Part shown: positions 14,241-22,852 of the stretch, piece by piece
How positions within the stretch are numbered: the stretch's first letter is position 1
Layout of the letters: every line of letters starts with the position of its first letter
Notes under the pieces: generated by a model
What the model was told of the DNA's origin: nothing
What the model saw: the letters and a program-made list of their open reading frames with translations, nothing else
Databases searched by the model: none
Position numbers and translations under genes: made by a program
IMG/VR virus record: IMGVR_UViG_3300044545_000032
DNA length: 39,775 nt
Reading direction: 5' to 3' (one strand)
Source of the DNA: a virus

Positions 14241-14888
14241 ATGAATCCAATTTTAATTATGGGTGACAGCGGATCAGGAAAGACAACGTCCATGCGAAAC
14301 CTGGATCATAAAACAACGTTTTACATTGACGCTGATAAAAAAGGCCTGTCGTGGCGTGGCTGGCGAAAGCAGTATTGCAAAGAGCATGGTAACTATATGC
14401 GCAGCAGCAAAGCCGAAAGCATCATGAAGGCCATGGCACGCATTAACAGCGAAAAAAAAGAGATCAAAACCATTGTCGTCGATACCCTTAACTGGGTCAT
14501 GATTGACGACGAAACAGAGCGCCGGAAAGAAAAAGGTTACGACAAATGGGCCGACCTTGCCTTTTCGATCGTGGGAATTATCTCCATGGCGAAAAATTTG
14601 CGGGAAGATTTAACAGTGGTCTTCACCGCACACACCCAGACGGATCGCGACGATTCCGGCTATATGTATACCCGGATGAAAACGAGCGGGAGAAAGCTGG
14701 ACAAAATCTGCCCAGAATCCATGTTCACGACGGTGCTCATTTCGCGCTGTAAGGATGCCGCGAAACAGGAATATATTTTTGAAACGCAAAGCAATAATTC
14801 GACGGCGAAATCGCCAATGGGCCTTTTCGATACGGTCGAGATTCCAAACGACACGGCTATGGTTTTGAAAGCATTGCAAGAATATTAA
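14241..14888 (+). CDS. AAA_24-type ATPase (Sak4-like recombination protein)
   Basis: Walker A ILIMGDSGSGKTTS, Walker B-like TIVVDTL. Gene context is Gp157-ATPase-DUF669. Confidence 0.8.
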   Translation: MNPILIMGDSGSGKTTSMRNLDHKTTFYIDADKKGLSWRGWRKQYCKEHGNYMRSSKAESIMKAMARINSEKKEIKTIVVDTLNWVMIDDETERRKEKGYDKWADLAFSIVGIISMAKNLREDLTVVFTAHTQTDRDDSGYMYTRMKTSGRKLDKICPESMFTTVLISRCKDAAKQEYIFETQSNNSTAKSPMGLFDTVEIPNDTAMVLKALQEY

Positions 14889-14901
14889 AGGAGTTTTAAG
14901 T

Positions 14902-15432
14902 ATGAAGAATATTGATTTTTCGCAAGTTGAAGAAGCAAAGGACTTTGAGTTGCTGTCAGTTGGCGGGTATATTTGCAAAATTTTAAGAATTGAAGATCAC
15001 CCAGACCGCGAGTATCTGCGGATTGAATTTGACATAGTGGATGGCAAATATAAGAACTATTTTCTGGATAACACCTTTGGCGATTACTGGCCGGGCAACT
15101 TTATTCGCAGTTATAAACCTACGGCTTTGCGCTTCTTCAAAAGCATGTTGACTGCTATTGAAAACAGCAACCCCGGCTTCTCGGCAGATGCCTTTGACGG
15201 CAATGAAAAAGAACTGATCGGAAAAACAATCGGTTTAACAATCGGGCATGAAAAATACTGGAACGGCGAGGGAAAGGAGCGTACCCGCATCTATGTAGAT
15301 CAAATACGGTCGGTCGATGCCATTAAATCCGGCAAATTTAAAATGCCGGAAGATCGGGTGAACGAGTATAACAAACCACTTGAAAGTACACCGAGTTATC
15401 CGATCGCCAATGAAGACGACGTACCGTTTTAA
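14902..15432 (+). CDS. DUF669-family protein (ssDNA-binding-like)
   Basis: FELLSVGGYICKILRIEDHPDREYLRIEFDIVDGKYKNYF matches the DUF669 pattern. Conserved context. Confidence 0.7.
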   Translation: MKNIDFSQVEEAKDFELLSVGGYICKILRIEDHPDREYLRIEFDIVDGKYKNYFLDNTFGDYWPGNFIRSYKPTALRFFKSMLTAIENSNPGFSADAFDGNEKELIGKTIGLTIGHEKYWNGEGKERTRIYVDQIRSVDAIKSGKFKMPEDRVNEYNKPLESTPSYPIANEDDVPF

Positions 15433-15435
15433 GTT

Positions 15436-15879
15436 ATGCCCAACACTATCATAGAGGATACGCGCAATCAGGTCGGCAAACACAAGGCACTCAACGCCTA
15501 TCTGCAAGAAAACGGGATTGAAGTTTTGCGATCCAAAATCATCGTGGGCGACTACACAAAGCCGCCTGCGGTGGCGATTGACACAAAAGCCGGATTCGAG
15601 GAGCTGGTTACAAATTTTTGTTCAAAGGACCGGCACCGCGTCAAGCGGGAAATCTTAAAAGCACAAGCGATTGGCACGCAGCTGATATTTTTGGTCATCG
15701 ACGAAAAAGCCACATGCATCGAGGACGCGAAGAAATGGAAAAACCGTTACGGCAAAGTGAAGGGCGAAACCCTATATAAGACGTTGGACACCTTCGTGAA
15801 GCGGTACGGCGTTCAGTTTGAGTTTGCAACTCCAGAAGAAAGTGGAAAAAGAATTGTTGAACTGTTGAGCGAGGCGTGA
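15436..15879 (+). CDS. ERCC4/Mus81-like PD-(D/E)XK nuclease
   Basis: IIEDTRNQ...IIVGDYT...AIDTKAGFEELVTNF...LIFLVIDE follows the ERCC4-domain motif order. Confidence 0.6.
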   Translation: MPNTIIEDTRNQVGKHKALNAYLQENGIEVLRSKIIVGDYTKPPAVAIDTKAGFEELVTNFCSKDRHRVKREILKAQAIGTQLIFLVIDEKATCIEDAKKWKNRYGKVKGETLYKTLDTFVKRYGVQFEFATPEESGKRIVELLSEA

Positions 15880-15880
15880 T

Positions 15881-16423
15881 ATGCGCGAGAAAGACCTGAT
15901 TTTAGAGACAATTTCAATGCCGGACGTACTTCGAGACTTCGCGGGCGTTGAAGGAAAGCATCGCCGACTGAACGAATGCCCGATCAACGGCTGTGCCGCA
16001 CACGACGGGTTCGCATATACAGACCGCGTTTTCCACTGTTTTGTCTGCGGCGCGAAGGGTGACGTTATCGGATTTGTAATGGCCTATTTGGACTGCGATT
16101 TTAAAACAGCATTGATTGAGATCAATCGTCGTTATCGCCTATGGGATGACGGCGACGTCAAAGGCATGGATGCCGATTTGCAAAAGAAAGCCCAAATTCG
16201 CGCTGAAAGACGCCGACAAGCCAAAATGGTACAAGAATACCGGCAAAGGCAAGAAAATGCGTTAAACGACGAATTAGAGCGTTTAACAGCCAACAAAGTT
16301 AAATTTTCGCCGCGAAACATTGGAGACGAACTGGACCCGCGCTATGTTGAAGCACTACAAAGATTGCCAACGCAAGAATATATCGTCGAATCTGACACGG
16401 GGGGGCATCATGGATCAAGCTAA
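15881..16423 (+). CDS. CHC2 zinc-finger protein (primase-type zinc finger)
   Basis: CPINGCAAHDGFAYTDRVFHCFVCGAKGDVIGFV is a DnaG-like CHC2 finger. Confidence 0.7.
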   Translation: MREKDLILETISMPDVLRDFAGVEGKHRRLNECPINGCAAHDGFAYTDRVFHCFVCGAKGDVIGFVMAYLDCDFKTALIEINRRYRLWDDGDVKGMDADLQKKAQIRAERRRQAKMVQEYRQRQENALNDELERLTANKVKFSPRNIGDELDPRYVEALQRLPTQEYIVESDTGGHHGSS

Positions 16424-18344
16424 AGAAAAAAACATCATCATCACCGCTACCGATCAGGTAAATAGCGAAAATGTCTTGGACGATGAGGTGTTCGACTATC
16501 TGTTCTCGATCGAGGACTGGCAGATCAGGCAAGAAGAAAAGCTAAAAATCGGCGATATTGCGAAAAAGGCGCGCAAAAAAGGCGAATTTTTAAAGTTTTA
16601 TAAAGCCTATGAAGAAGAATGGGCGGCAAAATTTAAAAGCAAACAAGCCACTGGGAAAACGCAATTTTTCGACGACGAACCAGACAAAGAGTTGAATTGC
16701 GGCCCCTGGATCGCGAACAGTTCCGGTGTGAAGCGCGTTGAAGTGAGTAAGGGCGGCGTTCAGGAAATGAATGCCTGCCCGGTGCCGGTGACCATCAATC
16801 GATTTTTTGAGAACCGCCAGACCGCCGAAGAAAAAGTGGAGTTGGCCTTTAAGAAAAATGGCAAGTGGAAAACCATCACCCCTGCGAAATCGACGATCGC
16901 AAGTGCGAATAAAATTGTTTCGTTGGCGGACGTTGGATTACCGGTAACGTCCGAATCGGCGCGGTTGCTGGTCCAATTTTTGGCAGACCTTGAAGCGTAC
17001 AATCCCGGAAAGATTGTTTATCAACCATCCACCTCAAAACTGGGGTGGATGAAGGTAAAAGACAAACTGAAATTTGTGCCGTATAGCATGGACGGCATCA
17101 GCTTTGATGCCGAGGAACGCTTCAAGAAGACATTTGATGCGATCAAACCTCATGGCGATAAAGAAAAGTGGCTGTCACTGGTTCGCGGCATCCGGGCATC
17201 CTACCGGATCGAGCCGCGGGTGATGCTGGCCGCATCTTTCGCGTCGGCGCTGATTGGCCCGCTGAATTTGCTGCCGTTCGTGGTCCACCTATACGGGCGG
17301 ACCGAAGGCGGTAAAACGGTGTGCGCCATGCTGGCCACATCGGTATGGGCGAACCCGGACCGCGGCGCATCCTACTTCGCGGACTTCATGACGACACAGG
17401 TGGCGCTTGAGGCGCGGGCAGACCTGCTGAACAACATGCCCCTTGTCATCGATGATACCGCCAAAGTCTCGAAAAAAATCGGAGACGACTTTTCCGAACT
17501 GATCTATATACTTTGCTCAGGAACGGGAAAAGATCGCTCTAACGTCAATCTGGGACTTCGTAGGACCAATACGTGGGAAAACTGTATCTTGACGACCGGA
17601 GAGCATCCAATTTTGGACGTTTCGGCACAAGGGGGCGCGATCAACCGCGTAATCAGCGTCGAAGCAGGGCACACACGTATTTTTCGGGATGGCCATGCCG
17701 TGGCTGAGTGCTTGAAAGAAAACTACGGTTTCGCCGGCGAATTTTTTACTGAGTATCTAAGTCTCAAAGGTTTTGACTGGTGCAAAAGGCGGTATGAAGA
17801 AATTTTCGCCGAACTAAAAAGCGGCAAGATGGAAAAGCAGGCCATGGCTATGAGCGCGATTCTGCTTGCCGATGAAATCGCCACAAGTTGCCTTTTCGCG
17901 GATGGCAAGGCCCTGATTATCGATGACGTGAAGGACTGCGTGCGATCTGAAAACGACATTTCGGAAGAACTGCGCTGTTATCAGTACGTGTGCGAGCAGG
18001 TGATGGTGAATAACGCGAATTTTTACGATGACGACGCCGAATTTAAATCACCACATGTGGTCTGGGGGCGGATCAACAACGACGTTGTGTATTTTATCCC
18101 GACGATTTTAAAACAAATCACCAAAGATGCCAGATTTTCGCTTGACGGATTCGTGAAATGGGGCATCCGAAAGGGTGTGATACAGCATCAAAGAGACAGA
18201 CAAACTTATAAAGCACGGCTTTTCCCGAATGAGATTGATCCAAAGCAAAAAGTTTGCTATGCGATTGAAATTGCGACACCAAACGCACTCAAAGTTTTAG
18301 GTGAAGATAACGACGATGATTTGCCGGATGAAATCAAATTTTAA
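16410..18344 (+). CDS. DUF927-type superfamily-3 replicative helicase / initiator
   Basis: Walker A YGRTEGGKTV, Walker B PLVIDD. ATG at 16410 after GGGGGG, preferred over the track start at 16320. Followed by the iteron region. Confidence 0.8.
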   Translation: MDQAKEKNIIITATDQVNSENVLDDEVFDYLFSIEDWQIRQEEKLKIGDIAKKARKKGEFLKFYKAYEEEWAAKFKSKQATGKTQFFDDEPDKELNCGPWIANSSGVKRVEVSKGGVQEMNACPVPVTINRFFENRQTAEEKVELAFKKNGKWKTITPAKSTIASANKIVSLADVGLPVTSESARLLVQFLADLEAYNPGKIVYQPSTSKLGWMKVKDKLKFVPYSMDGISFDAEERFKKTFDAIKPHGDKEKWLSLVRGIRASYRIEPRVMLAASFASALIGPLNLLPFVVHLYGRTEGGKTVCAMLATSVWANPDRGASYFADFMTTQVALEARADLLNNMPLVIDDTAKVSKKIGDDFSELIYILCSGTGKDRSNVNLGLRRTNTWENCILTTGEHPILDVSAQGGAINRVISVEAGHTRIFRDGHAVAECLKENYGFAGEFFTEYLSLKGFDWCKRRYEEIFAELKSGKMEKQAMAMSAILLADEIATSCLFADGKALIIDDVKDCVRSENDISEELRCYQYVCEQVMVNNANFYDDDAEFKSPHVVWGRINNDVVYFIPTILKQITKDARFSLDGFVKWGIRKGVIQHQRDRQTYKARLFPNEIDPKQKVCYAIEIATPNALKVLGEDNDDDLPDEIKF

Positions 18345-18453
18345 AATTAACTTTAAAAAATATTATTTTAAATGTATGTTAAATGACAAAAAATTACCCT
18401 TTTCAACGAAAAATCTATGAAATTATGTTGTTTCTACAACAAAAACAACGAAA

Positions 18454-18746
18454 TATCCCGCGTATCCCGTGGCATATCCCGTTTGGCGGTTTTTCTGAAA
18501 CCCGCATAAATAGTGCGTTTGAGAGGTTTTATCCCGTATATCCCGTATATCCCGCTATTTTCACCCCATATATATATACGTAAAAAAAAATAAAATAAAA
18601 GTTTTTTTCTCGCGCGTATAAGGTGGCGGAATTTTACGGGATATACGGGATAACGGGATATAAGGCGTGAAACCCGCATAAACACTAAGGTTTTCATATC
18701 CCGTCAAAAAAATACTTTACGGGATAAAAGCGCAAAAAACGGGATA
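18454..18746. repeat. Origin of replication: 12 TATCCCG/CGGGATA iterons around an AT-rich unwinding element
   Basis: Forward copies start at 18454, 18463, 18475, 18530, 18539, 18548 and 18697. Reverse copies start at 18637, 18646, 18654, 18720 and 18740. An A/T run lies at 18566-18608. The 14-bp direct repeat GAAACCCGCATAAA is at 18497 and 18669. Confidence 0.75.
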
Positions 18747-18936
18747 TGAGCCCTAAAAACACCGCTTTTTTGTCCAAAAGAGTAAAATCTTGTCATTTTT
18801 CAAGCGAAAAAGTAAGAATATATGAACGTTGATTCATATAATGATTTTGTGAAACATTATTAAAAACAATAAACTATATTAAATAAATTATATAAAGTTG
18901 TATTGTACACAATTAATTTAAAGAAAGGAATTACTC

Positions 18937-19278
18937 ATGAAAAAGACGTACGCCGAAAAGGTCTTAGAAATTGTCAATAAAGCATGGCAAACGGTAAAAC
19001 CGTACGCAATCATGCTGGACGATCAAAAAAAGTTCAGCGATGCAACCATCCACGAAATGGCAGAAAAAGTAGAACACTTCGCGACCGACAACCACATACA
19101 AGACACGCTTCGTGAAACCGGATGCTTGGATGCTGAAATCAACGGTGTGTGCGGATGTTTGATGACGGTCATTTCTGGCTTGGCCGCGCGAAAAGGTCTA
19201 ACGGCACAACCGCCAGAGCCGGAACAAATCCCGGGTCAAACGGATATGTTGAATTTGGCAGGTAAAAATCATGGCTAA
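18937..19278 (+). CDS. Hypothetical protein (113 aa)
   Basis: RBS AAAGGAA. First gene after the origin. Confidence 0.6.
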   Translation: MKKTYAEKVLEIVNKAWQTVKPYAIMLDDQKKFSDATIHEMAEKVEHFATDNHIQDTLRETGCLDAEINGVCGCLMTVISGLAARKGLTAQPPEPEQIPGQTDMLNLAGKNHG

Positions 19279-19348
19279 GTATCAATCCTACATGCGCAAA
19301 TAAAATCCTGATGACTACCTGTGTAACAACCGCCAATGCCGGGCGTGC

Positions 19349-19555
19349 GTGTATGGCGCCGCTTTTACGCGAGATGGTGGAGAGTGTACATACTTGGCGA
19401 AAGTTGAACATTTCCGAGGGTGTGAGATTCCGTTTTGCGAGCGGTTCGAGTTGAAGAAAGGCAAGCGCCGACCAACAAATTTAACAAAACGCGATTTTAA
19501 ACGCTGGTTCAAAGCGTACGGGAGCGAAGATGAGCAGAACGAAGCTAAAGCATAA
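19349..19555 (+). CDS. Cys-rich hypothetical protein; start uncertain
   Basis: GTG start in the track. The same frame is open from 19304 and encodes additional Cys pairs (CNNRQCRAC) without a canonical start. Confidence 0.4.
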   Translation: MYGAAFTRDGGECTYLAKVEHFRGCEIPFCERFELKKGKRRPTNLTKRDFKRWFKAYGSEDEQNEAKA

Positions 19556-19883
19556 AGTGAAGCCGGTCAAGCTACCTCCGGGGATGATGAAGCCAGTCGC
19601 GAAACAAATTAGCGACGAAGCAACCATCTTGGCACGCGAAATGATGGAAAAATCAAGGCGGGATGCCACCCGCGACGTATTGGAGCTGTTGATGACGCTG
19701 CCCACGATCGTTATTTTGGATAGCTTCGGAAAGCTAATGCCGAAAAAAGGCCGTGTTGAAAAATTTATCGAACTGGTGGAAGAACAACTGCGATATATAG
19801 AAAACGGTGAAGTGCAGCTGGATGAGTTAAAAGAACAGATTGAAAGCGAAATTGGGTACAAGACTGCATGGAGATTTGAGTGA
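19530..19883 (+). CDS. Hypothetical protein (117 aa)
   Basis: RBS GGGAG 5 nt upstream. No family recognised. Confidence 0.55.
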   Translation: MSRTKLKHKVKPVKLPPGMMKPVAKQISDEATILAREMMEKSRRDATRDVLELLMTLPTIVILDSFGKLMPKKGRVEKFIELVEEQLRYIENGEVQLDELKEQIESEIGYKTAWRFE

Positions 19884-19893
19884 GGATAGGAAA

Positions 19894-20793
19894 ATGAATA
19901 AAAAAGAATTACAAGAAATTTTGGAAAAGCATTTGAAGTGGTTAAAAGACTCTAAGGGTGGAAAACGCGCCGACTTGCGGGGCGCCGACTTGCGGGGCGC
20001 CGACTTGCGGTACGCCGACTTGCGAGGTGCCTACTTGCATGGCACCGACTTGCGGTGCGCCAACTTGCGGGACGTCAACTTGTTGGACGCCAACTTGCGA
20101 GACGCCAGCTTGCAGGGCACCGACTTGCGGTACGCCGACTTGCGAGGTGCCTACTTGCATGGCACCGACTTGCGGTGCGCCAACTTGTTGGGCGCCAACT
20201 TGCGGGACGTCAACTTGTTGGACGCCAACTTGCGAGACGCCAGCTTGCAGGGCACCGACTTGCGGTACGCCAACTTGCAGAGCGCCGACTTGCGGGGCGC
20301 CGACTTATGGGGCGTCAACTTGTTGGACGCCAACTTGCGAGACGCCAGCTTGCAGGGCACCGACTTGCGGTACGCCAACTTGCGAGACGCCAGCTTGCAG
20401 GGCACCGACTTGCGAGACGCCTACTTGCAGGGCGCCGACTTGCAGGGCGCCGACGGAATCCCGCTGACCTGTCCTGAAGAAGGAGCCTTTATCGGATGGA
20501 AAAAGGCATATAAAGATCAAATTGAGTACTTAGTAAAGCTTGAAATTACAGCGGATGCGAAAAGATCATCCGCGGCAGGGAGAAAGTGCCGGTGCGATAA
20601 AGCGGAAGTTCTCGAAATTTACACGATGGGCGGCGAGGCTTTTGAAGAAACGGTATACAGCAGATACGATAATAATTTTTTGTATGAAAAGGGCAAAACT
20701 GTAAGCGTTGATGACTTTGAGGAAGATCGGTGGTTTGAGTGTGCGCCCGGCATCCACTTTTTCATCACAAAGCAGGAAGCGGTCGATTATTGA
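19894..20793 (+). CDS. Pentapeptide-repeat protein (32 tandem A(D/N)LXX units) with a C-terminal globular domain
   Basis: ADLRG/ANLRD/ASLQG/TDLRY units from 19969 to 20448. ATG at 19894 after GAGGAT, preferred over the track start at 19840. Confidence 0.85.
   Translation: MNKKELQEILEKHLKWLKDSKGGKRADLRGADLRGADLRYADLRGAYLHGTDLRCANLRDVNLLDANLRDASLQGTDLRYADLRGAYLHGTDLRCANLLGANLRDVNLLDANLRDASLQGTDLRYANLQSADLRGADLWGVNLLDANLRDASLQGTDLRYANLRDASLQGTDLRDAYLQGADLQGADGIPLTCPEEGAFIGWKKAYKDQIEYLVKLEITADAKRSSAAGRKCRCDKAEVLEIYTMGGEAFEETVYSRYDNNFLYEKGKTVSVDDFEEDRWFECAPGIHFFITKQEAVDY
19969..20448 (+). repeat. Coding tandem repeat: 15-bp units with nested larger duplications
   Basis: 32 x 15 bp. The block GTCAACTTGTTGGACGCCAACTTGCGAGACGCCAGCTTGCAGGGCACCGACTTGCGGTACGCC recurs at 20074, 20209 and 20314 (offsets 135 and 105 bp). 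Confidence 0.9.
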
Positions 20794-20904
20794 AGCCGCG
20801 CTATATCGTTTTTACATTTTTCGATGGCATCTCCCGTCGAAAAATAAAAGATTTTGGAGATAGGAAAGAGAAAGTATGAGAAAAGAAAAAAGATGAGGTG
20901 ATCG

Positions 20905-21261
20905 ATGGCGATTAACAGTAGACAAAAGGGCGCCCGCTATGAGCGGGAGCTGGCCCGGGCCTTTTGCAATGAGGGCTACGCGGCCAGACGCGGGCAACAG
21001 TTTTCCGGGGCCAACGGCGATGCCGATGTGATTGGCCTGCCAGGGATCCATGTGGAAGCCAAACACGTGGAGCATTTGAACATCCACCACGCCATGGATC
21101 AGGCCGTGCGCGATGCCAGAGAAGAGGAGTTGCCGGCGGTGTTTCATCGGAAGAATAACTGTGAAACGCTCGTTACGATGCGGCTGGCGGACTGGTTTCA
21201 AGTTTACCGCGAATGGGAAGCGGGGAAAATACAAGGAAAAAACATAATTATTTGCGATTAA
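20905..21261 (+). CDS. Holliday-junction resolvase, archaeal Hjc-like PD-(D/E)XK type
   Basis: SRQKGARYERELARAF...GDADVIG...HVEAKH has the motif order of phage Hjc-like resolvases. RBS GAGGTGA. Confidence 0.7.
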   Translation: MAINSRQKGARYERELARAFCNEGYAARRGQQFSGANGDADVIGLPGIHVEAKHVEHLNIHHAMDQAVRDAREEELPAVFHRKNNCETLVTMRLADWFQVYREWEAGKIQGKNIIICD

Positions 21262-21284
21262 AAGAAAGTAGGAGAGTAAAGCAA

Positions 21285-21608
21285 ATGACAGACGAAGAAA
21301 GAAAAGCATTAAACGCTATCGGCAAGCATGAAGCGGCACCTGCGGTGACCGAGCGCGAAAAGCTGTTGGATGAAGCCAAGGCGATTGTCTGTGGCGACCG
21401 CGATCAGCAGTACGGGAAGCCAGAGGATAGTTTTTATGTAATTGCCAAGCTTTGGAGCGATTACATAATGAGCTATCTTGATGAACGCGATGTGGCCATG
21501 ATGATGATTCTACTCAAGGTGGCTCGGGATGTATCCGGAGAAAGCAAGCGCGACAACTTGGTGGACATCGCCGGCTATGCAGCATGCGCGGCGGAGTGCA
21601 AGGCATGA
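21285..21608 (+). CDS. Conserved phage protein, DUF6378-like
   Basis: AIVCGDRDQQYGKPEDSF..IAKLWS...DVAMMMILLKVARD...RDNLVDIAGYAACAAE resembles that family. ATG at 21285 after GTAGGAGAG. Confidence 0.55.
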   Translation: MTDEERKALNAIGKHEAAPAVTEREKLLDEAKAIVCGDRDQQYGKPEDSFYVIAKLWSDYIMSYLDERDVAMMMILLKVARDVSGESKRDNLVDIAGYAACAAECKA

Positions 21609-21778
21609 AAATCACAACGTTCAAACCATATGAAGATCCAGAAGCAAACGCGTTTGAATGTAAAAACTGCGGATTTGTACTACAGCTGTCTGATGGTGAT
21701 TTAGAAGAAAACAACTATAACTATTGTCCACATTGCGGGGCGAGGATTGTAAATGTTGAGGAGGGTGCTGTGGAATGA
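21605..21778 (+). CDS. Zinc-ribbon protein (57 aa)
   Basis: CKNCG...CPHCG pair. ATGA overlap with the upstream gene. Confidence 0.55.
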   Translation: MKITTFKPYEDPEANAFECKNCGFVLQLSDGDLEENNYNYCPHCGARIVNVEEGAVE

Positions 21779-22032
21779 AGAAGTCAGTCATATTAACGTT
21801 GGCCATCACGGCCAGCATGATCATCGCCGGTGTGGTGGCGGTACAGGCCAAGACTGTGACGCCGCCGAGCAAGCCGGAGTTTTCGGCCTACGAGGCGACC
21901 TTTGAGAAAGGCGACAGCGGGATTAAGAAAGTGATCGTGCTGCAAGACAATAAGCACAAGCAGGAATTTATATTGGTGCCGGGGTACGGGATGCAGTTCA
22001 GATGGCAGGATTCAGGAGAAGTAGGAGAATAA
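21775..22032 (+). CDS. Secreted or membrane-anchored small protein (85 aa)
   Basis: N-terminal signal-like segment MKKSVILTLAITASMIIAGVVAVQA. RBS GAGGAGGG. Confidence 0.55.
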   Translation: MKKSVILTLAITASMIIAGVVAVQAKTVTPPSKPEFSAYEATFEKGDSGIKKVIVLQDNKHKQEFILVPGYGMQFRWQDSGEVGE

Positions 22033-22036
22033 CGAC

Positions 22037-22141
22037 ATGAAGGTATTTATTAGTCAATCAATGAGAAACAAAACGATAGAAGAAGAACTGGCAGAACGAA
22101 AAGAAATTGTTCGGCAGATTAAAGCAGAATATGGAAATTGA
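22037..22141 (+). pseudogene. 34-codon ORF that looks like the N-terminal remnant of a larger gene
   Basis: My own translation: MKVFISQSMRNKTIEEELAERKEIVRQIKAEYGN followed by a stop. It resembles the start of nucleoside 2-deoxyribosyltransferase-like phage proteins, from memory only. Confidence 0.25.
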
Positions 22142-22171
22142 AATTATTTACGATTAGAGGAGGGGATAACG

Positions 22172-22261
22172 ATGCTGAAAGTCATTGGAATTGAGATCAT
22201 CGCAGCGTTGGCTGTACTGATCTGGTATGAGGTTTTGTGTGTGAAAGATAAATTGAAATAA
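22172..22261 (+). CDS. 29-aa hydrophobic peptide
   Basis: AGAGGAGGGG RBS 6 nt upstream. MLKVIGIEIIAALAVLIWYEVLCVKDKLK. Confidence 0.4.
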   Translation: MLKVIGIEIIAALAVLIWYEVLCVKDKLK

Positions 22262-22276
22262 AATTGTTTTTATTTA

Positions 22277-22305
22277 TTGACATTGATAAATAATAATTTT
22301 ATAAT
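22277..22305 (+). promoter_or_regulatory. Consensus promoter (TTGACA-17-TATAAT) for the late regulator gene
   Basis: Hexamers at 22277-22282 and 22300-22305 in an AT-rich spacer. Confidence 0.65.
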
Positions 22306-22357
22306 ATTATTGGGTTATTATAATCAAAATAATAAAATTCAAATTTAAGTGGTAATT

Positions 22358-22816
22358 ATGACAAAAGAAGAGTTATTTAAAATCAAATGGTTAAAACAAT
22401 ATCACTATCTAAAAGGCAGGGCTGCTGATTGTGAAAGAAGAATTAAAGTTATCAAAGAGGATATGTATAATAAAGACCTACACCCTCAAAGAATAACTGG
22501 TATGCCAACGGGAAATGGTGGTGGCAATTGCGAACTGGAAAAGATGCTCGATCAGTTGGACAAAGTCATCCATTCCGAAATATATTATAAGCACAAAGCT
22601 TATAATCAAAACGAGCAAATCCACAAAGTTATATGTAATTCAACCAATGATCAGCTTTTACAATGGCTTCTCGAGCTTCGTTATCTTAGCTGGGACGAAC
22701 GTTTTAACTGCCCTTTAACCTGGGAACAGATCGGCCATCGAATTGGTTACGAATCAACCCGTGTCAAGCAACTGCACCACAAAGCATTAAGCACAATACA
22801 GATTCCAAAAGAGTGA
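22358..22816 (+). CDS. Late-gene transcriptional regulator (RinA/ArpU-like, sigma-70 region-4-type HTH)
   Basis: The C-terminal segment LTWEQIGHRIGYESTRVKQLHHKALSTI is a region-4-like HTH. Sits immediately upstream of the packaging genes. Confidence 0.65.
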   Translation: MTKEELFKIKWLKQYHYLKGRAADCERRIKVIKEDMYNKDLHPQRITGMPTGNGGGNCELEKMLDQLDKVIHSEIYYKHKAYNQNEQIHKVICNSTNDQLLQWLLELRYLSWDERFNCPLTWEQIGHRIGYESTRVKQLHHKALSTIQIPKE

Positions 22817-22847
22817 CTATTAGTGACCATTGGGTCGGTGCTATAAT
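22813..22847 (+). promoter_or_regulatory. Candidate activator-dependent late promoter: GTGAC x2 (10-bp phasing), poor -35, TATAAT
   Basis: GTGACTATTAGTGACCATT at 22813-22831. TATAAT at 22842-22847. The -35 position reads ATTAGT. Confidence 0.4.
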
Positions 22848-22852
22848 GCTAT

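Noticed and set aside
18383-18697. ORFs 18383..18583 (+) and 18434..18697 (-), and the idea that the TATCCCG repeats form a CRISPR array
   Set aside because: The predicted proteins are translations of the iterons (repeated YPV/IPR). The repeats are 7-9 bp with 9-12 bp phasing, in both orientations, and have no spacers of CRISPR length. An origin is the better explanation.
19942-20520. Long ORFs in other frames and on the opposite strand of the pentapeptide-repeat gene (19958..20467, 20055..20477, 19942..20160, 20151..20405, 20305..20520)
   Set aside because: They are a by-product of the 15-bp periodic repeat, which keeps all frames open. Only the 19894..20793 frame has an RBS, a non-repetitive N-terminus and C-terminus, and the canonical A(D/N)LXX pattern.
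20812-21309. 165-aa minus-strand ORF opposite the resolvase
   Set aside because: The + strand ORF 20905..21261 has an RBS and the PD-(D/E)XK resolvase motifs. The minus-strand product has no recognisable features and would be the only leftward gene in a long rightward operon.
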